Below, in pieces: positions 36,477 through 47,100 of a DNA stretch of 64,000 nt (the stretch's first letter is position 1; each line of letters begins with the position of its first letter). The DNA is taken from the IMG/VR virus record IMGVR_UViG_3300028797_000148, positions 20,653 to 84,652 of that record; one strand, 5' to 3'. The DNA comes from a virus. Taxonomy: Duplodnaviria; Caudoviricetes. Below the pieces are notes generated by a model. It had not been told where the DNA came from. It did no database searches and worked only from the letters and a program-made list of their open reading frames with translations. The translations under genes were made by a program, and so were the position numbers.

Positions 36477-37763
36477 ATGGCACAAGCATTAAAATACCAA
36501 TGGAATCCCGATGAGGCTATTGAAAAGCTTTATCAGAAAGGATTCATGGACGGAACTAACGTAGGTTTCCTCCAAACTCTGATTGACAACACTCTCGAAA
36601 TCGAGGCCAACGCCTTCTTTTGGCAGGAGCACTTCGCTGTCGAGGGTAACGAGTACAAGATTGACCTGCAAGACACCAAGAAGAATCCCGCTTGGACTGT
36701 TCGTCAGAAAGTCAACCGTATCGTGCCTATGGCCGATGCAATGGCTCCTCTGTCTGAGACCGCCCAACTCGACACCGAAGGCTGGGAGGAAAAGACTGGC
36801 TCTATCTACCAATACGGTAAGGGCTTGTTTGACACCTCTATGTCTAAGATGGAATTGCAGGCACGTCTGCGCGAGCTGAACATTCAAGACCAAAACCTCA
36901 TCACGGGCTTTGTTAAGGGTGTTGCAGACCTCGTTAAGACCCACAACTTCCGCGCATCTTACATGGCCGCACAGACCCTTTCCTATGGTGGTGCTTATTC
37001 TAACACCAATACCATTGCGTTCAAGGGTACTACGGGCTCTATCACCTCGACAAAGGGATTCAGCGGCGTTTCTACAATGCAGCAGTCCTATATTCCTATC
37101 GAGAACTTCAAGAAGGCTGGTACTAAGGTTTGGTCTGCCAACGACTGCGATATTCCTTCGCAGATGCAGAAGATTGAGCACGACTTCAAGGTTGCCAAGA
37201 ATCTTTCTGAGGACTTCGCTATGGAGTGGGACATCCCGTACAGCATCGTTACCTCTATCTTGATTAACAACAGCTATTTCAAGGCCGAGGTCAATCGCTG
37301 GATTCGTCTGTATGCGCCCGACAAGGTTATCGTTGTAACCAGCGGTGCAAGCGGCATCGACACCGACGTTATCACTTGGGAGCAGCTGGTGGCCTACAGC
37401 CGCAGCACCATCTCTAAGATTGCTCCTATCCGTGTCGTTAAGCAGCAAAGCAAGGTGCAGGATTTCACCACCGTTACCGACGTAAGCGGATGGAAGTCCA
37501 ATACCGTTGTTCTGCGTCCGCTCGGCATGGCAGGTGTACTCGTTCACGCAGAGACCGCCGACGTTGCGCTGATGCGTAGCGGTGAGGTGAATAGCAATAT
37601 TCAATTCTCGCTGGCTAAGATTCAGAACTTCTTGTATGTAATCAACAAGATTACGCCCAACGGTATGCTCAAGTCTTACCACACGGACGTTATCGGTCGT
37701 TACGCAACCGTTCTGAACGAGTCGCTGTATCACGTAGTAGTTGATATTGCAACCGCAGACTAA
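36477..37763 (+). CDS. Major capsid protein, probable
   Basis: 428 aa, strongly biased high-expression codon usage, position in head operon. Confidence 0.7.
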   Translation: MAQALKYQWNPDEAIEKLYQKGFMDGTNVGFLQTLIDNTLEIEANAFFWQEHFAVEGNEYKIDLQDTKKNPAWTVRQKVNRIVPMADAMAPLSETAQLDTEGWEEKTGSIYQYGKGLFDTSMSKMELQARLRELNIQDQNLITGFVKGVADLVKTHNFRASYMAAQTLSYGGAYSNTNTIAFKGTTGSITSTKGFSGVSTMQQSYIPIENFKKAGTKVWSANDCDIPSQMQKIEHDFKVAKNLSEDFAMEWDIPYSIVTSILINNSYFKAEVNRWIRLYAPDKVIVVTSGASGIDTDVITWEQLVAYSRSTISKIAPIRVVKQQSKVQDFTTVTDVSGWKSNTVVLRPLGMAGVLVHAETADVALMRSGEVNSNIQFSLAKIQNFLYVINKITPNGMLKSYHTDVIGRYATVLNESLYHVVVDIATAD

Positions 37764-37817
37764 AAAATCGCGATGGCAAACATGATTCGATAATCAAGGT
37801 AAAAAACTGCAAGAAAG

Positions 37818-38210
37818 ATGACGGTATTAGAATGGCTTACAGCATCAACGACATATACTCGTTTCGACGAGAAGAATCTTGTCAAGATAGCATTGGATAG
37901 AGGGTGTGACCCGAATGAAGATGCTTATGGCGATGGTGTTACAGAACAGCAGAAAGAGCTAATGACTGCTGACATCATATTCACGGCCATACTTTTAAGC
38001 CCTTCTAATACATCGTCTTTGCAGCAGTCGCATAACGGTTTCCAAAAGACCGTTGGCTCTGAGCAGGATTTCTACCAAGATGAAAAAATCAAGTACGCCA
38101 TCAAGATTTACAACAAATACGACGACGAGAGGGCAGAGATACTTGAAAACGCTCGCAGAAAGATTAAGTTCATACCAATTGAGGACGTAGACCAAATCAT
38201 ACCGCAGTAA
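37818..38210 (+). CDS. Head-tail connector-like protein
   Basis: 130 aa directly after the capsid gene. Confidence 0.5.
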   Translation: MTVLEWLTASTTYTRFDEKNLVKIALDRGCDPNEDAYGDGVTEQQKELMTADIIFTAILLSPSNTSSLQQSHNGFQKTVGSEQDFYQDEKIKYAIKIYNKYDDERAEILENARRKIKFIPIEDVDQIIPQ

Positions 38211-38214
38211 AACT

Positions 38215-38556
38215 ATGGTACGCGACGAGATTCTTGAATACCCCTACCAAGGCGTGATAAACCGCATTATTGTGGGACATGGCGACGATGATGATACCAC
38301 CGTAGAAATCTACAACGGTATCATGGATGAAACGATTCGCACCGATGATAACGGTCGCGCATTGCAGACCTCCAGCCATGTTATATCAATACCTTTAACC
38401 AAGGGTAGCGATAACAAATATATCATTCCTATTAAGGGCGACGAGATAACGCTGGTTCGGTTCGACCAAGAGGTATCGTTCGTGGTTGATAATGCAGAGC
38501 CTTCGCAATTGGGCGGTGTAAGTATCTATGCGACACGCAAGGAATGGAACAGATAA
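38215..38556 (+). CDS. Head closure-like protein
   Basis: 113 aa beta-rich; synteny. Confidence 0.45.
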   Translation: MVRDEILEYPYQGVINRIIVGHGDDDDTTVEIYNGIMDETIRTDDNGRALQTSSHVISIPLTKGSDNKYIIPIKGDEITLVRFDQEVSFVVDNAEPSQLGGVSIYATRKEWNR

Positions 38557-38574
38557 CATACAATACGTAACGAT

Positions 38575-39093
38575 ATGGCAAAGACACGGTTCAAGTTCAA
38601 TGGAAAGCTTTGGGGTAAGCGTTTGTTCAATAGCGTTGCCGATGAGCAGACCAAGCGGCTTATAGAGTACGCTGAAACGGAAATCGTGAATATCGTGGAG
38701 AATGTGTCTTTTGACAATGAGACTTTCAACTTATCCGACTCCTACGTATGGTGTGTTTACTTTAACGGAAAACGCAAGGGCTACGGCACTTATGGGCGCA
38801 AGCAGGCGAGGAAAAACTCCTTACTGCACGAATACAGCCCATCTATCAGCGTTCCCGTGAAAGGTCGCCAATTGGCCAATGATTTTGCAAAGGCTTACAA
38901 GCCCGACCAAGACAAAGGCTGGGAAATAGTTTTTGCCGCCACAGCACCCTACGGTGCATATATGGAGGAGGGTTACACCTTTAAGGGCAAGTTCTATAAG
39001 TTCCATATTCTTTCGCAGCGGTACGACCACATCAAGAAAGCTCTCAGTCCGCTTTGTGTAGTAACACTTGAAATTGATACGCCTAAATATTAA
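38575..39093 (+). CDS. Neck/tail completion protein (HK97 gp10-like)
   Basis: ETFNLSDS and APYGAYMEEG motifs. Confidence 0.55.
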   Translation: MAKTRFKFNGKLWGKRLFNSVADEQTKRLIEYAETEIVNIVENVSFDNETFNLSDSYVWCVYFNGKRKGYGTYGRKQARKNSLLHEYSPSISVPVKGRQLANDFAKAYKPDQDKGWEIVFAATAPYGAYMEEGYTFKGKFYKFHILSQRYDHIKKALSPLCVVTLEIDTPKY

Positions 39094-39098
39094 GCACG

Positions 39099-39545
39099 AT
39101 GATTACGGATTCGTCACGCATACCGATATATGATTTCCTTTCGGAGATTCTTGCAGGTGTCACGGATAACATCTATTCCATGACATTGCCTACGGAAACT
39201 ACGAAATCGGACATCGAGGACGGTTTTATCGTTACCAATGTCGGCAATATCAATGATGATTCCGAGTTTGAGGGCGACGCATACGGCTGGGTTCGCTGCA
39301 CGGTTACGGCCTACATATCCAAAAAGACTCGCGGGCGTTTGAATAAGACGCTTTACGATGCCTACGATAAGGGTATTACAGCGGCCATTAAAGCCCACAC
39401 GGGGCGCGTTGATGAGGGCGACTACTATATCTTAGAGGATAGCGTTCTCTCGATGGATGATAACGAGAATACGGTAAAGGGAAACCAATACCATGCTTTC
39501 ATAAAATCCTTTGTCGTCGTAATAGACCAACAAAGTAATTCGTAA
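39099..39545 (+). CDS. Tail terminator-like protein
   Basis: 148 aa directly before the tail tube gene. Confidence 0.45.
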   Translation: MITDSSRIPIYDFLSEILAGVTDNIYSMTLPTETTKSDIEDGFIVTNVGNINDDSEFEGDAYGWVRCTVTAYISKKTRGRLNKTLYDAYDKGITAAIKAHTGRVDEGDYYILEDSVLSMDDNENTVKGNQYHAFIKSFVVVIDQQSNS

Positions 39546-39574
39546 CTAATTAAAATAAAGAAAGGAAACAAATT

Positions 39575-40108
39575 ATGGCAAAAAAGACAACTTTGAAGCC
39601 GATTGGCCTTGGCTATCGCGCTGTTGGTTCTGCCGCTGATGTGGCTTATACCAAGTTCATGGGTGTTTTGAAGGGACTGGCTATCGCGCAGGACGAGCCC
39701 GAATCTACCGAGATTGAGGCCGAGTTCTACGATGCACCTTTCGACATCTTCTATCAAGGTAATCCCGTGCGTATGACCTTTGAGCTGGCAAACTACGAAT
39801 TGTCGGAGCTGCCTGCCATCTTTGGTGGTACTTATACCGCTGGTACTGCACCCGTAGGCCAAACGGCAGGTACTCCAGAGACCTACGAGGGTGCTGCTGC
39901 TGCTTACACCTCTGAGAAGGAGTGGAAGCTCGATTTCGGTCGCGGCTTTGGTTCGCTGGTTATCTACAAGGGTCTGACTGTTGGTACTATCAAGAAGGAT
40001 GCCGACGGTGCGCTGAACTACAGCGTTACCATCACCGCCTTGGTTTACACCGACGGTAGCAACAACGACCACATGTATAAGATTATCGGTGACACGCCTA
40101 CATCTTAA
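39575..40108 (+). CDS. Major tail tube protein, probable
   Basis: 177 aa, high-expression codon bias, upstream of chaperone and tape measure. Confidence 0.65.
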   Translation: MAKKTTLKPIGLGYRAVGSAADVAYTKFMGVLKGLAIAQDEPESTEIEAEFYDAPFDIFYQGNPVRMTFELANYELSELPAIFGGTYTAGTAPVGQTAGTPETYEGAAAAYTSEKEWKLDFGRGFGSLVIYKGLTVGTIKKDADGALNYSVTITALVYTDGSNNDHMYKIIGDTPTS

Positions 40109-40144
40109 TCTTGGCATGAAGGAACTAACGTTTTCGTGAACGTG

Positions 40145-40190
40145 AGGGGTGCGTTGTTGGGGTGTCCCCGATGATGCGCCCCTTTGCTTT
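40145..40190 (+). terminator. Hairpin terminator/attenuator after the tail tube gene
   Basis: GGGGTGCGT...GGGG-TGT-CCCC...ATGCGCCCC followed by TTTGCTTT. Confidence 0.55.
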
Positions 40191-40241
40191 ACGAAATGCC
40201 GTTAGAATCAAAATAAACTACGTTCACGAAAAAGTTATATT

Positions 40242-40856
40242 ATGGCAAAGGAAAACGAGAGCAAGCAGATAGCGCAGGAGCAAGAGGAGATAAAGGATTT
40301 TCCAATTGACATCCAAAAAAACATCGTTGAGATAATCAATGATACGCCATCCTTGATACGCCTTGGTGATAAGGAGTATAAGGTAAAGGGTATGCGCTAT
40401 TATTCGTTGTACCGTATCTGTAACCTTGTGTTGGATATGCGTAAGGCTGATGAAACGTTAGATACCGACCAAAAGGTTATAACGGCCTTGTGTACCGATT
40501 TGGATGCCATGTGTGAAATCATGGCCGTTGTGCTTTGCAATCACCTTTTCACTCCCGACGGTAACAATCTTACTTGGGAGGAGGTTCGCACAAAGAACGA
40601 CTACTATGTTAGCGTTATGAAGGCAAAGGTCATGCAGAGCACATACGATGCAAACCAATGGGCGGCAATTGTGCTGGGCGCAATAAAATCAATAGATTTA
40701 TCCGCTTTTTTTTTACTCAAAAAATCGGTGAGTACGCTTACGGGTTCACTTCTGATGCGGAAGAAGAAATCGGAGGAGACAGCATCACTATTTATGGAAG
40801 CACTATCATTGCAGATGCAGCAGACTTCCTCCGAGCCTTCCCACAATACCGATTAG
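40242..40856 (+). CDS. Tail assembly chaperone (G-type)
   Basis: Between tube and tape measure; contains slippery T9 run at 40706-40714. Confidence 0.65.
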   Translation: MAKENESKQIAQEQEEIKDFPIDIQKNIVEIINDTPSLIRLGDKEYKVKGMRYYSLYRICNLVLDMRKADETLDTDQKVITALCTDLDAMCEIMAVVLCNHLFTPDGNNLTWEEVRTKNDYYVSVMKAKVMQSTYDANQWAAIVLGAIKSIDLSAFFLLKKSVSTLTGSLLMRKKKSEETASLFMEALSLQMQQTSSEPSHNTD

Positions 40857-41086
40857 ACGATTACCTCTATCGGTTAAGCATAGCGCAAGTGCAGTTTATG
40901 GCTGTTGACAACACGCACACGAAATACTTACGGGGTACGGACAAAAAAGCTTGGCAGAACTTTAAGGAGGCATACGAGGCACAGAAGAAGCTCGAACGGT
41001 TCTTTAGTTCCATCGGTGCGCCTAAAGACCTCGCTGCTGGAGAGGAGATGGAAATCCCGATGCCGCAGCGAAACAAGAAAAAGTAA
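40706..41086 (+). CDS. Tail chaperone -1 frameshift extension (T-type)
   Basis: Open -1 frame from the slippery site to 41086, ending 35 nt before the tape measure. Confidence 0.6.
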   Translation, partial: FFFTQKIGEYAYGFTSDAEEEIGGDSITIYGSTIIADAADFLRAFPQYRLDDYLYRLSIAQVQFMAVDNTHTKYLRGTDKKAWQNFKEAYEAQKKLERFFSSIGAPKDLAAGEEMEIPMPQRNKKK

Positions 41087-41121
41087 GAATAGTTATAAAC
41101 TCTATATATACACTTTAAGAT

Positions 41122-44100
41122 ATGGCAGCAAATGATGATGTTCTGATTGTTGGTAAGCTTGATTCCAAGGAATTAGAAAAGTCGATAAACGATTTGATAG
41201 ATTTCGTTGGTGATAAGACTACTATAATGGCTGGTAAGTTCGACTCCGCAATGGATAAGATGAAATCGGCCATGAAGGATTTCGCTATTACGCAGAAAGT
41301 TTCCGTCGATTTGATGAAGGAGGCTTGGAAGGATATGTCCGCGTCGTTTGATGCTATGGTAGCCGCACAATCGGGTGCTACGGGTGGCGGTAAGGGTAAA
41401 GAGCCAAAGGAATATGCGCCAAATACCATCGGTGCGCTGGAGCAGGAAATTGAAAAACGCCAGCAAAACCGAAAGGAGATGGAGCTTGACAGCGACGCAT
41501 TACGCCAAGAAAACAAGCTTATCGAAGAGCGAAACAGAAAGCTGGCCGAGCAAAAGGGCTTGAACACTATGGCGGCGCAGGCAAAGAAAGCTGGCGAGGA
41601 AATCCGTGTAGCGTTCTCGCATCCCGCAAACAGCCTTGAGCAAGCGGAGGCAAAGCTCGCAAAGCTAAAGGCACTTGCTGCCAATTGGAAAGGTAAGGGC
41701 GTATTGGATGAAACACAATGGAATAAGATTCAAAACGCCATTGATAGAACTGAAAAGTCTATCGAAAAGTTCAAGATGTCCGCAATGACATTGAAGGACT
41801 TAAAGCTCCTGCCCGAAAAATCCGTCGACGATATTACTAAGAAGCTGCAAGCGTTAAAGCATATTCAGATAGACCCGAAAAACGCCACGCAAGTCAAAAA
41901 GCTTGGCGACGAATACCAGCGTCTTTCCCGTATGCAGAACGAGCTTTTAGGCCGCAGCATACAGCTCACCAAATCCAACAACTATCTCGCGCAAAGTTTC
42001 GGTTATATCCGTAACCGTATCGTTTATGCGCTTACGCTGGGTGCTGCAACATCGTTTGTTAAGCAAGTGTACGACATCCGTGCGCAATATGAACTGCTGG
42101 AGCGTTCCTTGGGCGTTCTGATAGGTTCTTTTGAACGTGGTAGCCGTATATTCCAAGAGCTGAATACAATGGCCTTGAAATCGCCGTTTACACTTATGGA
42201 GTTGGGTACTGCCGCAAAGCAATTAACGGCCTACAATTTCCAAGCAAACGAGGTTGTGAACACCACACGCCGTTTGGCCGACCTTTCCGCAGCCTTGGGC
42301 GTACCAATGGAGCGTCTTACATACAACTTAGGTCAGATTCGCGCACAGACGGTACTTACTGCCCGTGATGCCCGTGACTTCGCAAATGCTGGTTTGCCTA
42401 TCGTGAAATCGCTGGCCGACCACTTCTCCGAGCTTGAAGGCCGCGTAGTTTCTACGGGTGATGTCTACGACCGTATGAGTAAGAAGGCCGTATCGTACAA
42501 CGATGTTATGGCCGTGCTTAACAAAATGACGGACGAGGGCGGTAAGTTCTTTGATTTTCAAGCAAAGCAGGCCGAAACCCTTCGCGTGCAGTTGGCAAAC
42601 CTTACATTGGCATGGAACAATATGCTTAATGCCGTTGGTAAGGAAAACCAAGGTATGCTGACATTGCCTATCACGGCTCTTAAATCGCTTTTCCAAAATT
42701 GGAAGGAACTTAGCCATGTAATATCCGAGGTCGTTATTGCCCTTGGTCTTTACAAAGGCACGCAGCTTGTAGTAAACAAGCTTGTCGGCGAGAGTGCTAT
42801 GGTGATGCGAAAGAGCATCCTTATGGATAAGGAAAAGGCTGCATCTGAACTGCAAAGGGAGGGTACAGTCCGCCGCTTGCTGGTTAGCGAGCAAAAGCAG
42901 ATAGCGAACAAAAAGAAAGTTGTCGCAGCAGATTACCAAGCCATCCTTTCAACACGCGAGCTTTCAAAGACGCAGGCTTTGTTGCTTGCAGCCTTTAACA
43001 AGAACGACAAGGAGCTGATGAAAGCCCTTGTTAAGTTGAAGCTGCTGAAAAAATCCGAAATAGAGAATATCACCGTCGGAAAGGCTTTCTCGCTTGTTAT
43101 CAAGCAGATGGGTATTTCACTTGCAAGCCTTGGTAAGACTATCGCGATGTTCCTGCCGCAAATGGCTGCTATGGCCGCTATCGGTGCTATCGTTGAGGCC
43201 GTTTACACATTCTCCGAGATTAGCGATAAGATACGCGACATCAACAAGAGTATTGTGGATAGCGCAAAGGAAAGTGCCGATTCCATTGCACAATTCATGA
43301 AGGATTACAGCGAGACCTACAAAAAAGTCTTTGAGTATCAAGAAAAGGTGCAAAAGAACGGCGTGCCTGCCATTGCCACAAAGGACGGTATTCCCCAATA
43401 CAAGAATCTGAATGATGCCGAGGCGTTAAAGGCATGGGGCGCAATACGCGAGCAGATTGAGCTTTCAAGTGCCGCAAGCGGTGTGTTCATCGACAAGCTG
43501 ATGCAGATAGAGGACGTTAATGACCGTGTTCGCGCTGGATTCAACTATCTCCAGCAGATTCACGATATTAACGGTGCGCTTGAGTCGCTTGACGATAAGG
43601 CCGTAACCATCAATGGCGATTGGTCTAAGTGGTGGAACTTATGGTCTTTGCCCGATGGCCTTATTGATAACCTCAAGGATTATTCAGAACAGCTTGATAA
43701 GGTTATCGAGAAATGGGGTAGCCTCGCAAACGCAAAGGGAGCTGCCATTCAAAAGCAGGCGGGTGCAGAAGGCGATTTGCACGATGTTCAAGCGCAGTTC
43801 ACCACATTCTCCAACGACCTCAAGGACACTATATCGTCAATGTTCAACGCATTTTCTTCCGTTGGTATCAATACGGCGGAGGGTATGCGTGAGGCATTTG
43901 AACGTTCAAATAATCAGATTCTTGCTGATGCAAACCTTTCTTCAAAGGAACAGCTTCAGTACCGTATGGCTGCGGAGGAAGAATTTATCGCACAGCGCAA
44001 AGCCCAATTCCAAGAGGAATATGATTTTGAAATCGAGCAGGGCAATGCCGCACGCGCCGCGCGGGTAAAGCAAGAAGAGGAGGCATGGCTTGCGTCCTTT

Positions 44101-47100
44101 GGCAGCGGTAAGGCTGTTTCGCAGGCTTTCTTTGACTGGCTTAAAAACCAGCACGCAAGCGAAATCAACTCCATGTTTGGCAAAATGTCGCGCAGGGAGC
44201 TTGAGCAGATTGATTGGTCGCAACCGAAATGGCAAAAGTGGGCGCAGGATAATGCCGAGTCGTTCAGCAAGCAATATGGCATATCTTTCGATAAGCTGAA
44301 AGGGCTTGTTGCCGATGCTAACACATGGAAGATTTTCCTCAAGCTTACCATAACCACCGACGAAAAGGGTGTTTACGATACACTTAAAGATGCCGATGCC
44401 GCAGCTAATGCCGCATGGACTAAGATTCAGCGGTTAAAGCAACGCCAAGCCGAGCTTAACAAGATTCCCGCAACGTCACTCACAGACGAGCAAAACGAAG
44501 AGGCAAAGAATCTTATTACCGAGCTTACGCAGGCACAGAACGACTATAACGAGGCTGTGGCAAAAGGCGGTCACGCCAGCAAGCAGGCAAAGGCCAACGC
44601 CAAAGCACAGAAAACAGCCGAGCAGGAGGTTAATGAGGCTTTACGCCAAGAGCTTTCTATCATCCGTGAGGTTCAAAGCAACTATGATAAGCTCCGCAAA
44701 TCGGGTGTTGATGATATGCAGGCCGCACAATTGGCCGCACAAGGCTATGCGGACACATTAAGCCGCGTAAACAATATTCTTGCGAAATACGGCATAAGTA
44801 AGTTCAATGCAAAGGATTTCGCGGGAAAGGACACCCGTGCCATTCTCGAAACCCTGCAAAAACAGCGCAATGACCTTATAGCAAGCGGAAAAGTTAAGAC
44901 CGCAGGCTTGAAGGACATGGACGTCGAGATTCAAAAGCTTACCGTCGAGGCAAAGACCTACGATTACAAAAAGATTACGGATGGCCTTAATTCCGAGCTT
45001 GGCAAAATCAAGGACGAATATGAGTTTGCCATCGAGCTTGACGCTAACCCCGAATTGGGTAGCCTCTTTGCAAATGCCATCGGCTTAGACCCGCAAAAGA
45101 TAGCAGACCTGCCGCATACCATTGATGATGTTATCAGCCGTATGCAGACCAGCGTCGACAAGTGGCTTAACGAGGGCGGTATCACTACACCGTTCGACGT
45201 TCTTATGGGCGACCTTGATTCGCTTGATGGGCTTGATAAGAGCAGTACGCTTTTCAAGGCTGTGGAAAGCGCACAGAAGACAGTCCGTGAGCTTTGGAAA
45301 AAGGATGCCGACGAAACTATCAAGAATTGGAATAAGCTTCTCGAGAAATATGCCGAATACGAATACAAGGCAAACACCATTCAGAACAATGCAACAAAGG
45401 AGCGCGAGGCTTTCGTTAAGCGTTTCGGAAACAAAGACCAAAGGGTAAAGGCACTTGAACTTTCCACAAGCATTTTGGCTACCGACGACCCGACAGAAAA
45501 GGCAAAGCTTATCAAGGAGCTTAAAGACCTTTGTGAAGAGGTTGCCGCCAACGATGGCACTAAGCTTAATATCAAGGTTGCCATTGACAAGCAGGAGGTT
45601 AGCGACCTTGCAAACCTCGCCTTTGAGGAGTTCAAGAAAACACCCGAATGGATTGTCGCAACGGGTAATCTTTCGGGTATGACAGAGAAAGCCATCGGTG
45701 GCCTTATCCGTCGTATCGAGCAGTACAAGAAATCCGCAAAGGGGCTTACCGACAAGCAAATCAAGGAGATAAACAGAGCCTTAAAGCAGCTGCATACACA
45801 GCAACGCCAAGGCAATCCGTTCAAGGCTATCGGGAACGCCCTTGACGAGGCAAAGGAACGTGCAGAGGAGTTTAAGCCCGAACTTGAAAAGACGCAGGAG
45901 GCCATCAAGAAACTCGAAGATGAGGAAAAGAAAGAAGGCAAGCTTTCCGAAGAAAAAGCCAAGCAGCTTAAAACGCTGAAAGAACGCCTTGAGGAAATCA
46001 AAGCCCTTTCCAATGTTTCCGCTGGCGAGATTGTTGGCTTTATCAATGATGCCATTAGTGCCGCAAGCCAAGCCGTTTCGATGTTCGGAGAAATGGCGGA
46101 GGCTATGGGTGGCAGAGGCATGACTTCCGCCGCAAAAACCATCAAAGATGTCGTAGGAATCCTTGAAAAAGGAGGCCAAGGTGCTGCCATCGGTGCTCAG
46201 ATAGGCGGTGGTTACGGTGCTATCATCGGTGCTGCCGCTGGTGTGCTTACGGGTATTGTTACGACATTTGCAGACGCATGGAGTGGAAATGCGGCCATTA
46301 CCGAAAAGGTCGAGGAATCCAACCGTGCCGTAAAACGCCTTACCAATACGTACAAGGAACTTGAAGAGGCTGTAAATGATGCCTACGGTGCTGTAGAGCT
46401 TGGTACTAAGCGTGCCGTTATTTCCAATAAGGAATTACAGCTTGCGGAAACGAAACGCCAACTCCAACTTGAGGAATCAAGAAAGGAGAAAAACCGCGAC
46501 GAAGACCGTATCGAAGAGCTAAAAGGCCAAATCATCGACTTAGAGATTGAAATCCGCAACTCTACGAAGGAAATCGTAAACGACCTGCTTGATATTTCAA
46601 GTGTTGGTGATGCAGCCGAAAGCATGGTCGCCTCGATGATTGAGGCTTTCAAGAACGGCGAGGATTACATGTCCGCTTATTCCGACTCCTTCGAGAATAT
46701 GATTGACAACATGATTATGAAGGCAATCGTAGGAAAGGTTATCGGCGAAAAGATGGAGGAGATGTTCTCGCAGGTTGAAAAGATGGCAAAGGAACGCGCC
46801 GACAAGCAGACAATGACGTGGGATGAGCTTACGGGCGTTAATGCTGATTGGGCTAACTTGCTTGGTGCTTGGTTCAGCTGGGGATATGGCGGTTACATGA
46901 AAGATGATGATTACCTGCCTACGGGACAGCAGACTTTCGCACAGCTATTCGACTACATAAACAAGAAAATCGCTAATGCCGAAAGCGAGGAAGTTAAGAA
47001 GCAATACGAGGAATATCTCAAAAAGCTTCAAGAGCTTTACACAAAAGCCGCCATTCCTACACCCGAAGATGTCGAGGGAATCCGCAATATGCGTGATACA

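Noticed and set aside
36489-37733. 414-aa antisense ORF over the capsid gene, and similar ones at 39425, 41115, 45381, 448, 2401, 7328
   Set aside because: Shadow frames produced by codon bias of the real gene on the opposite strand; no motifs or expression signals
40131-40232. Mpi-type invertible promoter
   Set aside because: The arms share only a GAACGT core and are in the opposite arrangement to ARACGTTCGT...ACGAACGTYT; no TAnnTTTG lies between them and no invertase is nearby
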